Shown here: piece after piece, positions 52,610-64,000 of the stretch | Layout of the letters: each line of letters opens with the position of its first letter | Position numbering within the stretch: position 1 is the first letter of the stretch | Assembly: GCA_030141605.1 (NCBI GenBank) | Contig: JAQGDQ010000074.1 | Location: 372,001 to 436,000, forward strand | Length of the DNA: 64,000 nt | Origin: Tubiluchus corallicola | Lineage: Eukaryota > Animalia > Priapulida | Direction of reading: 5' to 3' | Notes under the pieces: generated by a model | Database searches by the model: none | Seen by the model: only the letters and a program-made list of their open reading frames with translations | Told to the model about the DNA's origin: nothing | Made by a program: the position numbers and the translations under genes

Positions 52610-53654
52610 TCATGTTTGATGCTGATATGAAGTGGTATGATGAAAAAATGCGCTATAAATCTATGATATTTTGCATTTAGACTTAACTGAGATTTCTCTT
52701 ACGTCCTCGCTGCTTTCGAACTCAGTAACACTATCCTGCCCCCGCTCCTCGTAAGACCCCACTCCACCCCACCCCATCCCACCCCCAAATTTAAAAGTGT
52801 GATGATTATTAGCATGGCAAGTCTCAGAAGAGTATTATCTTAGTTTCTGGTCGTTTTACAGTTAATTATTTATTTTTATCCATGTGTTTATTTATATATT
52901 TGTTTATATGACATAAAGACTAGATGCCAAACTCAATCAAAACAGATTGGTCATAAAACTTAAACGCTGTATGCTGGTTTTAAGATTCTTTTGTGGTGAT
53001 TCGCAAGCCACAACCGAAAATCTCGTTATAATTCATAATCTTGTCTCTCAAGAACGTATTGATAGTTTGTCAGCTATACACTCATGCGCATATAATCACG
53101 GTGCGAAGAAAGAAGAGCTCTGCATCCACACAAAAGACTTACCCACTAATTGCCCTTTGATAAATACGCACCGAGCAACCGAGAATTTTGTAAAAATTTC
53201 CAGAAAAAGATAATGCATTATACTGACACTGATGAATAAATGGGAGCTTTACTAAAAAGTCCGTCCGGGTTGTACTTCAAGGTACATAATCAGTGTCTAA
53301 ACTCCATACCAGAACTGCAGCACCACTAGAAAAATTTTCTGAATCAATACTGTTTCGTTGATAATTCAATAAATTGATAATTTAATTAGGCAGCTTTAAA
53401 AAAATTAGTCAGAGACTGTTAGGAAGATTTCTCTCTGCTTGCCCTTTAACCTAAGGTTGTACTTATTTAGAATTGTCTGTAAAACTTGGCTTCGTTATAT
53501 GCATTTTAGTAGGTCAGCCAATCAGAATTGAGCACGTTTTTGGTCTACTCATTGGAAGCGAAGAAATCGCCACGTCTTTTACTTTTTCTGTAATATTGAA
53601 TTTAAAATAAAACTTTTTGTGATTACTTCAAAACAGAGACATTAGGTATTTATT

Positions 53655-54150
53655 TATTAGCTGGTTAAGTAGTTTGTTGGTTGGCAGTTAGTTGGTGGGT
53701 TAGCTAGTTGGTTGGTTTGTAGATTTGTTGGCTGTTTGGTTAGTTGCATGGCTAGTTGGCTGGTTGATCGGTTGGTTAGTAGTTGGTTAGTTGGTCGGTC
53801 GGTTGGTCACTCAACCGGCTGGTTTGTTGATTAGTTAGTTTTTCAATTAGTCAGTTTGTGTTCAGTTGGTCAATTAGCCAGTAAATCAACCAGTCAGTTA
53901 GTCACTTAAAGCGTCCCCAAACTAACATGACGCAAATGCTTACGGCATTTACCTAACTAGTAGGTTGGCTAGTTGGTTAGTGGGTGGGTCGGTTGGTTGA
54001 TTGATTGGTTAGGGGTGATTATATGGGTCCTTCTGTCATTCGGTCGGTCACTCAGTGGGTCAGTTGCTTGGCTGTTTAAAAAGTTTTTTAGTTTGTATGT
54101 GGGCGAGTTGGTCAGTTATTTAACTAGTAACACAACCAATCTGTTAGTCA
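53655..54150. repeat. Degenerate (TTGG/TTAG/TCAG)n tract
   Basis: Direct reading. Confidence 0.75.
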
Positions 54151-54654
54151 ATCAGAGTCTGCACCTATGCTCTAAATGACATGACACAAATGCTTGCCGC
54201 AGTTAATGTTAATGTTGCTGAGATTAAATTATGGAAAACCGATAACCTAAGTTGTGAATTCTGCCAAAAAATTAAATGAATGTTTTCGACATGTGCCAAC
54301 TCCTGCCTGCGTTAAATGTCCTGATCGCTTTGTAAGCAACCTTCAAGAGCGCAACAAACTTAAGTGGCAGCTCTCGTGAAACCTTTAAAGTATTTATATT
54401 CGGGTAAATCAGGCGAGTTAATTCACAGTGAGCTTTTATACTCTGCTCAAAATTAGCTCGACAACGACATTTCTCCTGATGACGCCGTGGAGATACCTGT
54501 ATCAGACGCAGTCTGTTTTGTACTAATCCACTATAAATAAATAATGTTTGAACTAAATTATCGGCGATTTTTACTGTGTGAAGAGAAATGGATTGCTCAA
54601 TAGAAGAGTTTTTACTTCTTAGAATACAGCTCTTTAAAAATGGTATAAGTAAAA

Positions 54655-54940
54655 ATGGCATCGGTAACTAGTGGCACAGATAACAATTGGCACGGTAAAC
54701 GTAGCTCAGGGAAAAAATAAGACAAATGGCAAACTTAATAAAAAATGAGCTACTCTTCAAGACTGTAAGATATGTGTTAGGATTAGGATTACGGCCAGGG
54801 TTTTGGTTAGAGTTAGGGTAAGGGCTAGGGTTAGGTACAATTTTTCGAATTGTTTCATTTGTGTCCTTACATTCGTGCCATATTTACCGTGCCATCATTA
54901 CCTGTATACTGTTATTACCTGTATCATTTTGCCTACATTT
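54655..54940. mobile_element. MITE-like element with inverted ~15-bp subterminal repeats and a central TTAGGG-like tract
   Basis: Left units like TGGCACGGTAA and right units like TTACCGTGCCA; core GTTAGGATTAGG...GTTAGGGTAAGGGCTAGGGTTAGG (54776-54835). Confidence 0.55.
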
Positions 54941-55357
54941 GTAATGACAACTTATGCAGAGTAAAGCAGAACTTTTGCATAATAAAACGTTTTCAGAGAT
55001 AGTTCACCAAAAGTGAAATTTGTCACAATGCTTTCATGTAACATATCACTTGTTTCAGTTAACATCAATGCAACAATTCAACTGCATCGTGAAACAAATG
55101 ACTTTTTTAAAAGCAACAGTTATAAGATATCGAGTTTATTTACGTCAGAAAGGCTGAGTTTCCTGATTCAATGATAGTGAAAAGTTAGCATTAACCTATC
55201 TGATTTCCGTAAACAAAATTCGACGCAAGTTTAACTAACGCCTCATTTGTATGAATCAGGTCCAACTGCCACACTATTTGCAAATATATGACAGCATGGC
55301 CAAGAGAAGTGAATGAGAAATAATCTCTTTCCAAGATTTTCCAAAAGCGCCTCAGTT

Positions 55358-56241
55358 ATTTGTGCAACGCTTTTCGAAATGCAGGTGCTAGTGCCCGTCT
55401 AACTAGTGAATGGCGAAATGCATGTAACACTAACAGATGTAACAGAAGAACTAATGGGCGAACGCGAAATTGCGTTTATGTGGTAATAATTGTTTTGCGT
55501 AAGTCATCTTTTTAAAAAAATAGTATGTTTCCTTTCAATATTTTAAAGAATATGTTGTTTTAACAGTTACTAATCTCGTGTCACACTTTCTGTAACAACT
55601 TTGTGTTGCCAACATGATTTGCTTTTAAAGAAAAAGCGGACCCAATGTTAAATTGTAGGTCAAAACAACGTATTCTTTAAAATATTGAAAGGAAACATAC
55701 TACTTTTAAAGGATGGCTTATGTAAAACAATTATTACCACACAAACGCAATTTCGCGTTCGCGCCATTAGTTCTTCGCTGTTACTGTTAAATTCGTTTCG
55801 CCCTTCGCTAGCGCCTGCATTTCGGAAATGCATTGCACAAAAACAGGTGCTGAACCCCTCAGTTCAGATGTGTTATTTTGTGACGAACTACATACGTTCA
55901 ACAGCTCACGCGTGAGCACATTCTTAAAATTTGAATTTTTATCTTAAAACTTTCGTTACATTAGAGTTTCATTACAACACATTGAATCTCTTACAGTAGC
56001 ACTGCACCTCAATTTTCGCTTTCGCAAACACGCGCAACAAGCTCATGGAATGTCTTTGATGTTGAAAATTATATTAGCTTGTGATGTCATCACTAGTTGG
56101 GCTCGTCCGTCATTAATTAAGATTTTAATCTATTATTTAATTATCGAAAACGCTTTTACAGTATTATTGATGTTAAAATGTATGCTTTCACCATACTTGA
56201 AAATGGGTAGTACAGTATATGAAAAATAATACTGTCTTCTT
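55358..56241. mobile_element. TTAA-flanked long-TIR/foldback element (left arm truncated)
   Basis: 55358-55565 and 55660-55845 are inverted copies with a ~95-bp spacer. The right arm ends CTGTCTTCTT|TTAA and is homologous to 36833..37405. Confidence 0.75.
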
Positions 56242-57299
56242 TTAAGGAAGTTCAACTCCACATAGAGATTATTAAAAAAACGACGTCAACAGAACGAATA
56301 TAAAAGTTCTAACAACTTATTGGAAACAATGTTTCTTGTCCTTTTTTGGTATTATGGGTGAGAAATACTATGAATGTAATGCTATACTGGATCTGTTGAC
56401 CAAGGTATGTTGATAAAAACACTGCTTTTCTCGAGAAAGTGAGACAAAAATAACTTGTACGAAAAATAACCCTGCTGATGCCAGAAGTAGGCTAATGCAG
56501 ATGAGTTGGTCTTCAATTTCACTGTGACCATAAGTGACTTTGCTAAATGGAAAGTAGAAGGTCTTGGTTTCGTGTTCTAGTGACGGTGCAAAATTTTTAA
56601 GATTTTCTAATTTAGAATTGATTTCGCTCTTTTGTGCGATTTTAACTAGAGCTGAATCATTCTAAGCTTTTAGTTTTACTTCATTTTCACCACATGTTTA
56701 TGATTTAGTACACATTTGTACTGTTGTATAAATGTAAATATAGATTGTACATACTACTTACTAGATTGTACTACTAAATTTGTTAAATGCCTTGAAAAGT
56801 GGCTTGGCACAACTCCGCACGGTGCCTTCAGAAAATAATGAGGCTTCTCTTCTTCGGAAAATTATATAATTGAGGACTGGTGTGACTGTAGAGACAAAAC
56901 AACAAAAAACATTAAACAATGCGCAGTTTCGCACTGGTATTTCACCATACTGAAGATAAAACGTTGTCCATTTTTTCTATTTTTCACCAACGCCTGACAA
57001 TGACGTTTGTCGTAAATTTTGCGATTTCCTTCTGGTACATGTCTCAAAATCAGCACTTAAACACTTAAGATCAGCAAGAGAGTTGGCTGAGCAGCAGGGA
57101 ATTTACACGTGAAAATTAAAAGGCAACCCAGCAGAACATGTGAAACATCGACAAACTGGCATTCAATTCACATGAGGAGATTCTAACATGGTATTGAATA
57201 ATTAAAGCATTAATTTTTAATGAGTGTGCTGATTATTATTGAAAAACGTTCGTAATTATAATAATTGACTTACAATTCTATTTGATGCGATTGACTTTT

Positions 57300-57842
57300 C
57301 CCAGTCTATACAGAGAGCACAAGGGGCAAAAGATAGTTACGAGACTTGCAGGGCAGACATATGGGGAAGGGGCCTTGACGGTGACCTCTGCCAAAGGGTG
57401 AAGAACACTGGACATTTGTGATCGCCACTTCTTCTAGGGCTTTGAACAATATTCAATTTCTTTCAAAAGTATTTGGGTCAATTGAATCAGATATGTTCCT
57501 GAGATTTTAAAAAGACGGGACTTTTAACGAGCCCAAAACAGGAGCCAGGTGTGTCAGGTCGTAACATTCAATAACTCTAAAAACTATAGTGCTTATAATC
57601 ACGAAATTTGCAGGATAGACATCTAGGGTATGCGGCGCTCAACTGGAATTGTTTAAGGGGCTGGGACATGAGGTAAAAATAGGGCAAACTGCACAATCAC
57701 ACATGAGTAAACCGCGTGGATCAGGCGTAATCAAGGTCACGCTCGCGGATTTAGATCTGATTTCACTAAGTCTTGGTAGTGTTATTCGCGCATAGGTTTG
57801 TTTTGTGGCCGTGGTGTCTACTTAGGAAACATCTTGCTTGTT
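57300..57842 (+). mobile_element. Probable Helentron-type non-autonomous element
   Basis: Two related internal units (GAGACTTGCAGGGCAGACAT / GAAATTTGCAGGATAGACAT), an AATAACTC..AAAACTA core, and an imperfect 3' hairpin (GGTGTCT..GAAACATC) before CTTGTT. Confidence 0.35.
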
Positions 57843-58670
57843 AGTAAATGCATGGACAACCGCTGGGAAAGCTACTTATAGTAGATTTTTTCTGTTTAAC
57901 CTACAATATGCTTCCGATTATTTAGTTTCGTTGAAAGGGGTGAATATGTTGTTATAATATATATCCAATGGTGGCAGAGACCTTTATCGGCTCAGTATCT
58001 CATCTTACGTAATTTTCCGCGATAAATAGCTAGGCTGTAGTCCCACCACAATAATTCACTTTAGTAGCAGATTTTGTCGGTGAGAGCTGGAATCGACTTG
58101 CACTGGATCGAATTCTATAAAAAAAGCGGGCGTGTGTGCCTGTCTATACAAAGCTTGAAAATATGCAGGCGTTCAAATAATGCCCAGAGGACGGTTTTGT
58201 CTGTTCCTTGAAAGGGTCTAAACTGAGTCTTGTTTAGAATGTCTTCATATCAAGAGGATTATAAATCCAAGACCTAGTGGAATCCCGTCACGTTACCATT
58301 AAGCTATACTAATAATAATTTATGATCGACCATAAAGTGCGCAATGTGGCCCCTAATTGCAGAGCAGCAGCTGGAATTAAAAAGTTATCGTGCTCCCAAA
58401 TACATAATAACAGCACACAGCGCTGCGTTTTAAGTTATAGCTTAATACGTTTTTTATATACTAATGGTTTTACTAATAAAATTGTCTTAAAAAAGCAGGA
58501 TCACGGATGCGTGCTGTACTACTTACCACAAATTGATTACAGTGGAGATTTTAACAGACTGGTTTAATTAGAAGTCTACCGGAAATGATAGACCTACTCA
58601 TCTATGGGTCCACTTTTATAAATCTGCATTTAGTTCGTCTTCTTCGCCGCCTGACTTATAGACTTATAGT

Positions 58671-58860
<190 letters not shown>

Positions 58861-61400
58861 GTATATGAGATATGTTCTATGTTTGGACTTAATTTCTACA
58901 TTAAATTGTCGTTATAGAAAAGCTATTGATTATAATTTATAATTTATTGATATGTAATAATGGAAGGCCTACATTGGCACTAGCAGGATGGGTACATTTC
59001 TCAAATGCCCATTAAGCAAAACCTTAGAGACTCTGATTCTGAAGTGCTAAAACCACTAAGATTATGCCCGATTCATTTTGGTCCGCCAAAGATCTTGCAT
59101 GTTCTACTTCATTTTCAGTGTGCATACAACTGCCCCTAAACTAAGTTCTGTAAATAAATTGATAGCAATACTTTTAGAAATTATGGCTGCAAAATTTCCG
59201 TATTAAATCTCAAATTGTTAATAAATAAATTTAAGTGTTCGAGGCAGTCTGTGGTGAAGAAAAGTCGTTAAAGCCGTAGTAGTGAATTTAGCTCTGCTGA
59301 ATGTTCAGTTTACACTGCTTTGTTTACTACCTAACGATTTTTGAAAACATTATTCACTACCCTTCCACAACTGAACGTTGAATCTTCTCAATGTTGTAAA
59401 CCACGAGCTTATTAGAATGAAAAATCCACACAATCCATGAAAATTTGCAGCATCAGTGGCAACACTGTACAAAGCCATCAAATAGTTAATTTACGAAGCT
59501 ACGCACGTTTATTCTCTATGGCTTTACGCCAGCACGCAAACAGTTCAGAAAAAAACGTTTCCTGTATCTTTTGCCGTATTATTACCATTTGGAATTATAG
59601 AAATCCAGAAAATAGACACCAAAATGTCTCCCACCAAAGCCTAAAGTGCAAAATTCATCTGTTATTAAGAAAAAAACATATATCATATTACATATCTACA
59701 AAACTGATTTGTGGGAGACCTAGAGTTCTTGATAATGCAAGCAAGACAACGGCTATTGCTGATAACAACATTGTCTATTAAATTATTGCTACTAAAAAGG
59801 GGCCGTTGTTTTTAGTTTCTTAACGTTATCTAGTTTAGACTTATTTAGTTGTATTTTGTTGTTGCGTTTGATATTTTTCGTGTGGTTCCCAGAAATTTAT
59901 GAAAGCTCCTGTTTAGTTTCATAGGTGGAAAGGCATGTTTTGATAGCGAGACCTTTTTCTGAGTATTGCTAACGAGCTCATATGAATAGTTTACATATTC
60001 ATCTTACATAACTTCCAAAAAAGTGTCCCTTCAAGTTCAAGTAATAAAGTAAATTAGTAATAATAAAACGTTTGTGTTCATTGGATCATCCAGTAACTGC
60101 CATTAGATATACTAAAATATTTTACTTGATATTTCTCTCACAATTCGTTAGGGACTTACGCCCCGATTGCCCAACGAGCGGTCCCGCGAAAACATTGAAA
60201 ATTATGAGCTGCTCTGCTAATCACAAATCCTAATGGGCTTCTCAGTCTGAAATGAACCTAATTATGGCAATAAACTATCGATAGGTACGCCGATTCAAGC
60301 TATTAGCCCTCGAGGAAGCAGTGCATTGGCTATGTAAAGCATCGGGTGGCTGAGGTTAGATATGTTAAATTGGCAATAATCTCAGCAAGGATGGAACAGC
60401 GTAAATTTGCTAACAGACAAAGCAGCTGCCCGTGACAAATAGCTTCGGCGAAGAAACCGTGATTGACTTAGTGGCAAACAAATGTGGCGTGAAACAATTA
60501 TCCCATTTCGTTATGTAGCTGTATTATATAGTACCTCTCTGGCGTAGCTGTATTTTCTTTTCGGAGGCTTACATTTGTGCAACAATTATAACAACCAGCG
60601 GGTAAATGGGTACTTGCGACAGTTGTGCATCTTGGTCGCATATTCTGCCGCTGTGCAAAGAAGTTGACTTATAGTTCACATTTCTCTACTTCACTACTTC
60701 ACGTTTTGTAGCATTTCTCTGTCGCACCGCTAACTCATTATTTCACTTTCTTCTCCTTTCCTTTTCTCTGTCTCTATTTTTCTCTCTGCTCCCCTTTCTC
60801 CCGCCTTTTTCCTGTGCTCCTATAATGCCGAGCATTTGAGTTATTGAGTATTTCTTTAAATTCTCAGTTCCTTTCTTTCTTTATTCTCTTTATTCATTCT
60901 CCTCTTCTTTCTCTTTTTGATACTATTACTTTCTTTTTTACGCCGTTCCATGATAGTTCAATTTGCAGTTTACAAAGACTTGTATGAACTCACGAAAAGA
61001 AGCGGCTAACAAACGTCTTTGGTAGCACAGTATTATTACACTCGGTGATAAAGATGTATTATCGACAGATTAAACCACAAGTTAATCTGCTGCACAAACA
61101 AATAGCATACGTAACAATCAAGAGACACAAACATTTTTAAAACAATCAGGCATCTAATGTTCAAGTGGTCACATGTCACCCATCCATATCGATTGTTTGA
61201 ATAAAAATTACCTTTAAAGGCCACAAGTGCACAAAGCAACGATGTAATACTCTTGAAAACACCCAAACAAGCAAAGTAAGAAGCGAACACAAGAAACATC
61301 AAAACACGTTAAATTTACCAGTTTCAAAATATTGAGTTATACACATTCAAAAGGGAGAGTTTATCTGTGTCAAGAAATTAGGAAAATAATAATAATAATG

Positions 61401-61511
<111 letters not shown>

Positions 61512-64000
61512 GCAGTATTATGCAGTTAACAAGGCATGTGTATACAATGGTAAATAGTAAAAACCAAGTACTTCGTATTCTTGGAACATCTTCACACGGA
61601 AAAAAGCTGTAAACTCTCTTTGAACACAATTTTGCCGCGTTCAGTGAAGCAACGCAAACCACATTTATCATACGTAAAATCAGCGACGAATTTCAAACAG
61701 TCCCTCAACAGTTCCATAGGCTTCTTTCATAGTTTACCTGTGGAGCTTGCACAAACGTATCAGTGAGCTGGAGCGGATAGCGATGTCAATGTCAGCCACG
61801 GGTAACATTCATATTGTTGTATAGATGTTTATAGATTACATCTGGAATTATTATATTCTTAAAAGAAAAGCAGGCCCTCGGAAAGTTGAGCTTATTTTAC
61901 CCCCTACGAAAAATGTTAGAAAGTTTAAGCAATAAAATAAAGATAAGTGCCTCGCGTAATTAGTAAATCAATTTAATGTCGCCATCGTTTCATGCTTTGG
62001 CGGGCCTATTTTAAACTAAAATAACGCCATTCAGTTACCACGCAATATAGACACCTATACAGCCAGTTGCTTAAGAAAGCGTTTTGCAGCTGCATTTACT
62101 ATTGCCAATTGTAAACAGTCCAAAACGTTGAACGAGAGATTATTAATAGTAATTTTTGTTTTTCGATGAATCTCGTTGTCCAGTATGAAATAAAAACCAG
62201 TTAGGCCTACAGACGATAGTATAAGAGTCTCCCAACTTGGCTAGCTAACCCCAACAAAGCAACAAAATAATGAGTTTATCAACCTAAAATAGAACTATAT
62301 ATGCTAAGTAACCCACTCGGCACCTACTACATGCTCGCAGCTTCGCTGAATTCCATCCTTATGCGTAAATAAATTATGTACAGCACTTACGCATTTTGAC
62401 GTATGATCCTGTGGATTAAAGCCACGTAATCACTTTAAAGTTATAACTATTAAACCGATGACCAATTTTTACATAAACGCAATTAAACATAAAGATTTAA
62501 CTAAATAGAATAACGAAAGAAAGAGTGAACTGCACAAGTTTGTAACCTTCAAATCGTCATCAGCTTACGTATTTGTTTTCAAATATGCCCAAAGCGATGT
62601 TTGTCTGGCGGGAGATAAGAATGATTTGAAATTCTTTTGCATTTTAAAGCAAGGAATTTTATACCGTATGGTAATTTCAAAATAATTACTAGTGCATTAG
62701 AATACAATATATGTCCTTTAAAACGTAAGCAACATCTTAAAACGTAGGGAAGATAAAAAAGCTAATATTAAACCTGGATGTAAGGGCCATCGTATTACAT
62801 ATTCAAGGTAATAATCACTGAACCACAAAGCTCCTTTTGATGAAGCAATTAATTAAACCCAAACGGCATTTTCGAATCTAGCACTTTCAGATGTTAGTTT
62901 TTCGCACTAGAGTAGTTACTAACTGATTATATTATTCGAATGCCTAAAAGAACTATGGATAAATAATTAATTCCAGAAATAAACACTAATGATGGAACGA
63001 ACCAACAGTATCGGCTAAACCTAGACTTGAACTATTGCCCTTTTTTCTGATTAGTTTATAAGTCGGCGAGCGCTCTTGTAAACTGAATTGTAAACATTTG
63101 ATGAAACAATAATTGAAATCAGTTTTAACGTTGTGTTTTAACGTTACATCCGATTTTTATGGTAACAAAATAAAACAACAGTTGTGCAATCGTTATGTCA
63201 AACCATTGCAAAATATGTTGTTTTTCATTACGGTGCAGCTAGCGAAAGTATTTAAAATTATTCTCTGTGTACGGTATATTTCCAATGAGTGGCAATAACA
63301 AACACGGACTGAGCCAGGTATGTTTTCTATTACACCGCTAAAAGCGGACCGAACTTCCTAGTTATTGAAGCTCTTTGGCGCACTCGTGAGCTTAATAACT
63401 TCAGGATGGTTAATCTTATGGCGTTGTTGGACAGAACAGTGTGGCTGCTAATGTAATTGGTCAGAGTTTAAGAGTGAAGGGCGAAGATAATTAAATGCAC
63501 CGACACTGTTGAGGATTTTAACTATGGCGGACATTAGATGCCATTAATTCCACCGTAAACCGTTTCAACAAGCTCTTGCCTTCAAACGTCATATTATACG
63601 TTAAAAAATCCGTTATCATTCCAATACCGGAGGTAAGGAAAATTCGTAGTCATAAAAGATTCTGTCAGTCGCCTTGAAAATGTACAAACCAGAATTGTCT
63701 GTTGTAGCCAGGATTAAGTTTCTATCACTGGAGAAATTAGCTTCCGTTTTTCCTGTATAGCCAGTTTTTTCCTGAGAGCAAGCGCGAAAAATAGGACAGA
63801 TTTCCTCTAAGCATGAAATCCAGGCTGCTTCTCATCAAGTCTTTGAGTACCTAACAATATATATTATGTTCTTTAAGTTTACTATGTATCTTGGTAACAC
63901 GAATTTTATAATACCTTACACAATACCCCCAATGAACAATTCCCGATTTGCTTTCTCACCTGATCGATCTTGTGTTAATTTAATTGGTATTCATTTGCAT

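Overview
AT-rich, microsatellite- and transposon-rich animal (invertebrate, probably lophotrochozoan; inferred) genomic DNA with spliced genes, not prokaryotic. Three complete genes can be assembled by hand from GT-AG sites and frame continuity. (A) minus strand, CDS 7491..2010: a 611-aa secreted Gly/Tyr/His-rich repetitive protein. (B) plus strand, CDS 10002..21734: an 877-aa mGluR-like class C GPCR that lacks the residues mGluRs use to bind glutamate's side-chain carboxylate. (C) minus strand, CDS 28340..23764: a 179-aa paralog of A. A and C have identical exon architecture and share an ungapped, Cys-free C-terminal domain of about 106 aa (69/106 identical by my count) with 9-residue periodicity that I do not recognise. 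Their Gly-rich exon differs 8-fold in length. This candidate structural/biomaterial protein family is the most interesting thing in the window. At about 34.7 kb there is a probable first coding exon (signal peptide + VVRIG|gtaagt) of an iGluR-type receptor. The remaining ~29 kb looks like intron and holds LINE relics, MITEs/foldback elements, Helentron-type elements and microsatellites.
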